DNA from: the human T2T-CHM13v2.0 reference genome, Homo sapiens
DNA: 64,000 nt
NCBI RefSeq assembly: GCF_009914755.1
Contig: NC_060925.1
Strand: one strand, 5' to 3'
In this document: positions 55,076-64,000 of the stretch, one piece after another
Position numbering within the stretch: the stretch's first letter is position 1
Layout: each line of letters starts with the position of its first letter
Made by a program: the position numbers and the translations under genes
Notes under the pieces: model-generated
Databases searched by the model: none
Told to the model about the DNA's origin: nothing
The model's input: only the letters and a program-made list of their open reading frames with translations

Positions 55076-56221
55076 ACCTGAGATTTCCCTGTGGTAAACA
55101 TCTTTAGGTTCCACAACTTTGTCCTCTAGATGTTTCTACCACTAACTTTCCATGGCATTGTTCATCACAAGCCTCATTTCTACTGACTTGATCTCAGAAT
55201 CCTTCTCCACATGGCTCTCCAGGCAGCCACTATTCCATTTGAATTGAGATGCAAGCTGAAACCTATTTTCTATCCTTGGTATTTCTGGTTTCGATATAAT
55301 AAAGTTCAGTGAAGATGGAGATAGGGAATGGCTTAAAGCTCTTTAATAATTTGAACATGCTCTAGTTTGGGTACTGGTCCAAGGTTGATGTCAGAGTTTC
55401 CTCTATTCTAAATTCAATTAAGGAATTATATAGGATGTCAACTGTGTCCTTGATACAGGTTCCATTAAAAAGGACTGTTTTTGAGCATATCATTGGGACC
55501 AAAATACCCATATTTTGACAAGATCCTCAGTGCTAGATTATTAAGAGAACAAAGCAATAAAAGTGAATGAGTGCTATCTGGAAAAATTATGCCAGAATTT
55601 GGGTTTGGTTTAGTTTAAGAAATTATCAGTTAGCTTTTATTCATTTTTATTCAAGTCCATGTATTTCACGGCTTGTGTCAAACATCTAAAATCTAGAATA
55701 TTCTTGTTTGACGGTAACGTATATCACAAGTTCGTGACAGGTTTCATTTATGAGTGCTATTTTCTTATAAAGTACTTATAGAAGGTTTTTAGAAAAAAAA
55801 TATTGCTTAGAAGTTTAATCTCCTTTTACACTCATCATCATCTTCTGCCAAGGGGACTGGGGAATGTTCTGTCTTTCTTGCATGAGATCATACACATCTA
55901 CTGCCAAACTTCAGAGAGGCCACCTAAAGTACGTATTTCTCTATCTGTCAGCACCAGGAAACCATTGAAATTTATGGATGAATGAATAATCATCAATACA
56001 ATTTTGTAGTTCTTTCTTTGGGTGTAAGTTTTTGTGAAAAAGTTAGGCATGCAAATACGGTGACTATCTGAGACAAATCAGTATAGAACTTCTTGGGTTT
56101 GATTATTTTGTTAATAGGTTGCTTTCAAATAGCAACAGAGCACTTAATTTCTCCTCACTTGACCTATATACTCTATATATGCTGGTGACACAAACTAAAT
56201 AAACATCAAATATCTCTGCTG

Positions 56222-56372
56222 ATTAGGAAAAATAGCTAATGCATGCTGGACATAATACCTAGGTGATGATGGGTTGACATGTGCATCAAATCACCATGCC
56301 ACACGTTTACCTATGTAACAACCCTGCACATCCTGCATATGTATCCCAGAACTTAAAATAAAATAAAATAAT
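56222..56372 (+). mobile_element. L1PA extreme 3' fragment (about L1PA11-13)
   Basis: ttaggaaaaatagctaatgcatgctgg…cacacgtttacctatgtaacaa…cccagaacttaaaataaaataaaa. Confidence 0.9.
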
Positions 56373-58418
56373 ATGTATCCCTGCTTATGGCTGGAATTCA
56401 GTGTGATAGCAGTTTGTTTGCTTAGGACTCCTGAATGAAGACCCAAATGCCTTTGCTTAATAAAAATGGAAAAATGCCTACTTAAATGGGTTTTTTGGTG
56501 AAAATATATTTTTAAAGTGAGCTCCAGGGAGGTGGTTGGGTGGGTAAAACAAATCCTTGGGGTGAAATGAGTAAGAACCCCTGATGAAGAGTCTTGTTGA
56601 CTTAGAGAATGTTGGTACCATGTGAATCTTGGACTATGGCCTGGTTTAGGAAGGAAGATGATTCAGTCTGAAATATAATTTACTTTGAAGGGACTGTGTG
56701 GTATTTACATGAAAATGTCTTGAAGAATGTAAAATTATGAAAGTGTAGTTCTTGTAAAAGTCAGGACCAAAAATATAAAGTTAGGCATCAGTCTGATTAT
56801 AGGTTATGTTTGAATCAATGACAGGGGATTAGTTCACTGAAATGTTTAAACGTGAATAGAGAGCCTGAGAATCGAGCGTAGGAGAAGAGGATCCAGAGGA
56901 GAAAAGAAGTTGAATTACAGTAGAAATCTTTTTAACTGTCACAAAAGCCTAGGGAAAAGAGAATTCAAAGAGATTTCAAATGGTCATCAGCTTCGAATGC
57001 TGCCTAGGAAGATGTCAAATAATTAGTGAGAAAAAGTACAGGTGAACTGTTTTTCCTTATCATTGATTCTTCCAGTTGCTCCCAGTTTCATCCAGTAAAC
57101 AAATCATTCTCTCTGAGATTTGTAAATGTGCTGCTCTGCATAGTTACAATTCAACCAGGTCACCATCACTAGGGCATGAACTTTGAAGTACTTTTGTTGA
57201 ATAAATGTAACAGGTTGTATGTCATCCTTTATCCCCTGATGGCATCTTTCAGCTACTTAGCTAAGGATGAAGGTGGCATTCTGGTTATGGAATGAAGTCT
57301 GTCTCTGTGTAACACTAACTTGACAGTATAAAAGTAAAGTTTATGACATTGGATCACCGATATATTATTATGATCAACTGAGCTAACCAGCCTAGACATT
57401 TGATTCAAGTTGCATTGTGTATTGCCTGATCGATTCAAAGAAACATATATTTCATTAGAAATGATATAATTCTTTTAAATAATTTGTTGCCACCAAAGAG
57501 AAAGAAAGAAAGGGCAAATATGTGGGAAGTAATTTCTTCCAAGTGACTAGCTAAACAACATAAACCTTTTGCTCATTGGTTGTGGTGTTGATTTATTTGA
57601 TGAAAATTGTGCTCATGAATGAAATAGAAGACCCAATAAACTCTTTACTCCCTTTTTACCATCTTGGCTCTTCTATCATGTGATTGACTTCATGTTCATC
57701 ATGCAGAGATCAACTTGTTCTCAGAACAGATGGTGTTCTCTTTACCACCAGCTTATCCTTCTCTAGTTCTGCAGGTGGCAAGGCCAGATGGATTAACTTC
57801 CTGAAATTAAACTTTTCACCAAATTCTTATAAGTAAGCAGACGTTTTATTAATATGGACTTCTGAACATGGAGCAATACACAGAGATGATTGATTAGAAA
57901 ATCTAATTAAAGGCAACAATGTGGATGAACTGAAATAGTAGGTTCTCTCTGAAAATAAACAACATATTTATACTCAATACTCCTGAGTAAAAAAAAAAAA
58001 AGGTGAAATGGGAATATATGTTACAGTGAATGGCCAAATGACCATTACCTGTTCATGATTTGCATTTATCCTCAGAAATCTGACATATTATATTCTGACA
58101 TATTATAGGAGCTCAAATATTGATCTACTTTAACAAAATCTACTATGTCCAACGTCTGTTACCTTTTGCTTTAATGAATTTTCAATTTTTCTACTCCTTG
58201 CATACATTTATTCTATACTGAGTTTTCTTACTTTCAGTTTCATAATATGCCTTCTGGTTCAATTATTCTAGCGTTTGGTGAACAATCCTAATCTACTACA
58301 TCTATGCTCTTATTTATTTTTAATTCAGATGTTCAAATCTCATCATTTCTGTCTTTTTTGAACCTCAGTCCACACAGAAGATACTCTGAATCATGAACTT
58401 TGTTTTCTGGCTGAGGTG

Positions 58419-59017
58419 TATGGTGGGCAGAATTCTAAGATAGCCCCCTCTGTTCACATCCTCCATACTCCCCAGCAGAGCAAATTAGTGCAGATTTACT
58501 CCTATGATGAGACTAAGTTGTATATGGCACAGGTAGGAAGATTACCCAGGTGAGCCTGACCTAATATCGTAAGCCCTTTAAAACAAAGCTTTTCTCTGGC
58601 TGGTCACAGAGCTGAATCGGCAGTCCGAAGCCTGAGAAGACTTGAATGTACTCTTGCTGGCTTGAAGATGGAGGGAACCATGTGGCAAGGAATGTGGATG
58701 GCCTCTAGGAACTGAGAGCCACTGACAGCCAGCAAAACAATGAGAGCTCTAGTCCTATAACTGCAAGGAACTAAATTCTGCCAGCCACAAAAATGGGCTT
58801 AACAGTGGATTATTCTCTAGGGACTCTGGAAGAAAACTCATTCTAGGCAACACTTTGATTTCAGCATTCCCTGAAAGGGAATCAACACTGTGATTCCCTG
58901 AGAAGAGAACCCAGACACCATACCTTCTATCTTACAGAACTATGAGCTAATAAAGGGATGTTGTTTCAAGCCCCTTAATTTGTGGTAATTTGTTACACAG
59001 CAATAGGCAACTAATAT
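58419..59017 (+). mobile_element. MLT1E-family solo LTR (ERVL-MaLR)
   Basis: tggtgggcagaattctaagat…gctggcttgaagatgga…gcctctagga…aactgcaaggaactaaattctgcca…tttgtggtaatttgttacacagcaatag…aactaata. Confidence 0.88.
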
Positions 59018-60226
59018 CATGTTTGCCTTGAGGTATGATAACAAAAAGTCTGTGTTAATTATTATGGACACAGCCAAATAATGGTTATGTACCAGAAATA
59101 TTATCAGTTTAAGCTAGTGTCTGTCTAATTGAGAGACAGGAAACCAGCTATAGTACTGGACTCCCTAACACTAAATAAGTTGACTTCCAAGCCATTCACA
59201 TTCTTTCCTGGCAGTGTACCTATGTTTCAACATATTTCTTGGATTTTTGGCATTTAAACACATAATACTCTCTAATTTCTTGAATAATGTGAGCATAAGA
59301 TTACCATGTGAAAGAGAATACTCTGCTTAGAGTAGTAAATTATAGAACACATTCCCAAGTAAGCATTAAGTTCTCTCCATAAATAAGTTATTGAGAAGAG
59401 GTTTTATACAGTTAAATGGATATCTGCTCAAACGAACTATCTGTTCATGTAGCAGTTTACAAATAAACAACATATAAAGCCATTTAAGAAGATTTCAAAT
59501 GAACCCAAAGTCTGGAAGAGGTCATCTATTTCTCCTTTCTGCGAATAATAACTACATCTCAATCTTGTAAGTTTGTAAGACATGAGATCTCGTAATCTCA
59601 CCAACAGGATGTTTTGGGGGGATGTGACCATGTCATTCCTGCCATTCCCACCTTTTCAAACCTTTATTACTAATGTCAAGGAAATTTAACATTTTTTCAC
59701 ATTTTTAATCTCTCTATCATGTTTGGGCTTTGAGAGGTTGAATTTAGACACCTTTACTTCACCTTAGAGTTGCTCAACTGGAAAAAAAAAAAAAAAGCCC
59801 AGGATGACATCCCCTCCTCAGAGGCAGAAGATGGAACAGGGCAATGAAAAGTCCTTCTAGAGTTTGTCTAGTGAGATAAGTGTTTAGAAGGAGAAATGAG
59901 AAGGGAATGAGATCACTTTCCCAAAGCTGTTATATGCTCCTTGATATAATGCTCTCCATAAAGGCTTGTATAGTGAAGTAATTTTGGCTTTGGCATTATG
60001 TTTAGTGAAAGCCATGGATTTGAAGGAACTTTCTGAATAGCTCTGTGGTAATACATGCAATAAATCAAATCTATCATCAAGAGTAGCATTTTTACTAGCA
60101 GCATTGGAGAGAGAAAAAAAATTACAGATTACATGCTGTTTTATTTCATAGGGAAAAAAATTATGAAAGCCCTAATCCTTCCAATATAAGTTATTTTGCA
60201 ATGATTCATAGAAGCCAGAATGTTTC

Positions 60227-61075
60227 TGTCAGGGTCAAATCAGGATACAAAACCACACAGTAATTTGAACAGGGACAGTTTCACATAAAGAATTGATAAC
60301 TGTAACACAAGATTGGCATACCAAGGGATTGTCCAGGAAGAAGTACAGGGAACTCTAAAGAATGCAAGAATACAGATAAAAGAAGCAGATAATACCCCTA
60401 GGGCTGAGATAGAGCATCCAAGGAAGAGCTCCCACCCCCTAGGTCAGCTGGTGGACTTGGCTTTGGCTTGCTGAATGTCAGAGAAGTCACTGTGTTGCTG
60501 GACCAGCAGAACTTGTATATCCACCCGTTAGGGTGCCGGGAAAACCTTTTCACTGGAGATGCCTCACTGGAGCCAGTCTGCTACAAAACTGCCCAAGGGG
60601 GTTACTGGAGGAAGCTATATATCAGAGAGCATGTAACAGCCTTGGGAAAGTGATCTCATTCCCTTCTCCTTGGCTGGCTGGGGGTGCTGCTGTCTGCTAC
60701 ACTTTGCAGGAGTCAGGCACTGAAGATGCTACTCATACTTCAAGAACCAGATGCTGGAAAAGCCACCTACATTTTAGGAGTCTGGCGCTGGAGAAGTTAC
60801 ATATGTTGCAGAAGCCTGGTTCTGCAGTCACAAGGGACAGATGTTGAAGAAGTGGCCCTTGCTGGAGAAGTGGGTTGTGCTGCAAGAGCCTGCTGATTGA
60901 GCACACTGGAACCAGGGAGAAAACCTCCCGAAATGTCTCTCTAGTGTCCTCTACTGATAGAATGTATCACGCCAACTGACAAAAGGGAAACATTTCAAGG
61001 CCCCAAACCTATTTTCACAGATTAGGCATTGAGGGTGGAGTTGGAGCTGAGAGGTAATGAATTGGTAACTGGCAA
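60227..61075 (-). mobile_element. LTR50-like ERVL LTR
   Basis: tgtcagggtcaaatcagga…aaaccacacagtaatttgaacaggga…gaactctaaagaat…tacccctagggctgagatagagca…ttggagctgagagg…taactggca. Confidence 0.7.
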
Positions 61076-61117
61076 AGAGAGTACTTTCTTTAATGCAATC
61101 TCTATAGCTAGTATAAC

Positions 61118-61161
61118 TTTTGTTGTTGTTGTTGTTGTTGTTTTGTTTGTTTGTTTGTTTT
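61118..61161. repeat. (TTG)n/(TTTG)n microsatellite
   Basis: Directly visible. Confidence 0.9.
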
Positions 61162-62384
61162 ATCTGTGAAGCAATTCTGATACTTGGACTCGACTACTTG
61201 GGATTTTATTCCCTTCTACTACCTCCAATTCTTGAGAATGTTTACATCTTGGGGATCAATAGATACAATAATCTTTGTATTTATAACATGCTGTGACTCC
61301 ACCCAACTCTTCACATTCCTCTCTCTCAAAGAAGATAATACCTTTTTTTCTCCTTGTTGAAATTATTCCTGAGTGAGCTTATACCTCTACCACTCTGAGC
61401 TTTCTTCTCATGGGCAAATATATCCAAGCATTCTGGTGTTTGAGGATGTAGATAGACAGTATGATATTGCACTTGTCCTGACTCATTTTCTGGAGTGATC
61501 CTGAGTCTCAAAAATGTACACTCTGCCTTTCTTTGCCTACAAAGATGGCCATGTTGCTTTAGATAGTTTTACACAGAGACTCAGTGGAGTTCAGGACTGT
61601 TGAGCTATTTTTACTTTGAAAGGTACAGACCAGAGTTTCAAAAAGCTCTTGCATTTATTGTATTTTAAAAAAATATGTAAAAACATGTTACATTAATGAA
61701 AATGCTTTGCATGTATAGTGTTTGTTATCTTCATTGTTAAGTCTCTGGAGACCTTTATTTAATTCATTTAGTGATCTATCCACCATATTTAGTCCACAGA
61801 GATTTTGGAAAACATTTTATTACAACCTGAACTTGAAGGCATTTTTTTGCTAACAAAAATCCATTCATTCTGCAGTTATTCATTCATGCATTGATTCATT
61901 TAGTATATAAACATATATTGAGCATATAATTTTCCATGGGTGGTTATGGAAAAAGGGGTGAATGCAAAAATGCTTGACAGATTTCCCATCTGGACAGCAC
62001 TTCAAAATCTAGAGAGAAACAGATAGTACAATTGCTATGATGCGGAGGAGACTATGATAGGTGTTTTAAAGAAGTTCACAATGGCAAACTAAAGAGAGAT
62101 ATAAATTCTATGATCTAAAAATCAATTAGTTAAAAATAGAATTTCATAATCAAAATCATATAAGAAGATCACAAAGGATGAGAGTGTTAGCTCCATAAGG
62201 AAGGAGGCTCACCATATTTGTCATCACCTTCCTAACTCCCAGTCATGGTAGACTCGCTCTATACATTTGATGATTGCCAGTATGCACAAGGAAAAACCAA
62301 CCATCTATGTGGGGTTGCAAAAATGAATGAGAAGAATTGATTTGTTCAGATTCTGCCACTAATTGCGAGCTTGAAAAAGTCTCT

Positions 62385-63020
62385 TGTGTTGGAAGGTCCC
62401 TAAGACCACCCTCAGGTTCACTGATTCACTAGGAGGACTCACAGAACTCAGCAAAGTTATTATACCTTGGGTTGGTTGTTACAGCAAAAGGATGCAGATT
62501 AAAAGAAACCATAAAAAAAGGAGGAGCATAAACTAGGGTCCAGAAGACACAGTTGTCCTCTCCCAGTGGAGTTAAATGAACAGCACTTATTTCTCCTGGC
62601 AAAGATGTGTGACAACACTTAGGAAGCATTGTCAACCAGGAACATTCACTTGAGCTTTAGTGTCCAGGGTTTTTACTGGGGGCCAGTTACATATGCATTG
62701 CTGACCACCTATGTGGCTGACCTTATTCTCCAGCCCACCAGAGGTCAAGTTGATAGCACATAGCCCAAGGCTCCTGCCATAAATCACATTGTTAGCATGG
62801 AATCTCTGGCTCTCTGGCATGGTTCAAGGCCCCCACCATAAATCACATCATTAGCACAGACTCTGTGGCATGGTCAAAGTCCCCAGGTAAACAAAGATAC
62901 TCTTATCAGGCAGGACATTCTAAAGGCTTATAGGTTGCCTCCCGGGAGCCTGGCAAGGCCCAAACTTTCCTTGAAATATGCAGAGTGTGAACAGCCCTGA
63001 GTTAATCCTTTGCTCTTCAC
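62385..63020 (-). mobile_element. MER77/MER21-family ERVL LTR inserted into a MIR
   Basis: aagaccaccctcaggttc…ggactcacagaactcag…ccataaatcacattgttagc…ctcttatcaggcaggacattc; MIR halves at about 62340-62384 and 63021-63115. Confidence 0.75.
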
Positions 63021-63469
63021 CATTTAACTTCTGTCTTTTCCTGATTGTCTTCATCTATAAACTGAGGTGATGGCAAAAAATGGACCAAAATAATTCCCAG
63101 CTTTAAAATGCTACAGCAATTTAAATTTTTAATTAAACAACAAAGAAGAAGAGTAAGCTCTAAAGACATTCTAATTCAGTAAATGTTTAAGAAATACCAG
63201 AGTGTAAAGCAAGGACACATTTTTGTGTATTTCTTACAATCAGGTAATAGTTTTCTTTATCTCCGCATTCTGCTTGTAAAGACAAATGGTGTTTTTCAAG
63301 CCACGTTCCCACCAGCTCCTGGCCCTTCTACCCCGCCTAGAATCCCCACCCAAATCTCTGGAAAATGAGTGCCTCTCAGGAGACTTTGAAAATTAGTTCA
63401 GGCTAAATGCTACTGGATAAGTAGTGTTTAGCAGCTGTTTGAAATAAGAAAAAAAGGGACATGGGTTTC

Positions 63470-63635
63470 TATTGCAGCAAGAAGAATTTAGGTTCAATTT
63501 GAGGACAATTTGCTAACTAAGAAGTAGATGGAAAACTAAAATAGTTATCAAGGTTTATGGAGTCTCCTTGTCTAGGAAAAAAATCAGAAAGTGCATTTCT
63601 TTATCTTTCTGGGTAGTTTAAGTTTAGAGCTGACC
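63470..63635 (+). mobile_element. L3/CR1 fragment
   Basis: ttgcagcaagaagaatttaggtt…atggagtctccttgtctagga. Confidence 0.55.
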
Positions 63636-64000
63636 TTACAAAGATGCCGTTTTTGTTGTAACACCCCTAAGCTCAGAAATTAAACCATATCCAAAATAAA
63701 CTCAGTGGCTCAGGCTCCAAAAGCAGATTAGAATGTTTTAGTAGACACAGCGTATTTATGGCACTTCAGTTTAAGCTTCAGCTTGAAGGTGGATTAATTT
63801 TGGAGTATTGTACCCGAGTTATTTGGGATGAGAAATGCTAGAACATAAAGTTATGTTTTGAGCTAGGTTCCAGCTCTCTGTAGGAGTAGGCTTCTGCTCA
63901 CAGGAAGCTAAAATGAATTTGAAAGCCACAATTGCCATGCCTTCAGAGAAAGACATTTTCTACTCAAAAAGCAAAGCATTCAGTACCTAGTTGAGCAGGT

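Overview
AT-rich, CpG-poor, repeat-dense primate (human-like) genomic DNA with no CpG island and no bacterial-type features. I recognise the window, from recall of the protein C-terminus rather than a search, as the 3' end of SPATA17 on the + strand. It comprises about 41 kb of one long intron, the last coding exon (41574-41656, ...DFQTVLPSFELFSKYGKLYSKAGQIV*), a 4.2-kb last intron, a non-coding terminal exon starting at 45822, then downstream DNA. Antisense in the long intron is a processed UBB retrocopy (probably UBBP2) collapsed to one ubiquitin unit; its 77-codon ORF is still open but has lost K29, K48, S65 and the di-Gly motif. The rest is L1, L2, MIR, L3, Alu, LTR and DNA-transposon fossils, several nested with readable target-site duplications (TSDs). 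Subfamily names are by-eye assignments from remembered consensus sequences. The most unusual structure is a recurring set of short-range templated duplications (3.2-4.7 kb, 20.3/22.0 kb, 37.5-38.2 kb, 59.9/60.6 kb) that repeat annotation would not explain. I found no evidence of a new multi-gene system; the best leads are the ubiquitin-variant ORF with a co-oriented upstream LTR promoter, the templated inversions, and the splice/NMD architecture of the gene's 3' end.
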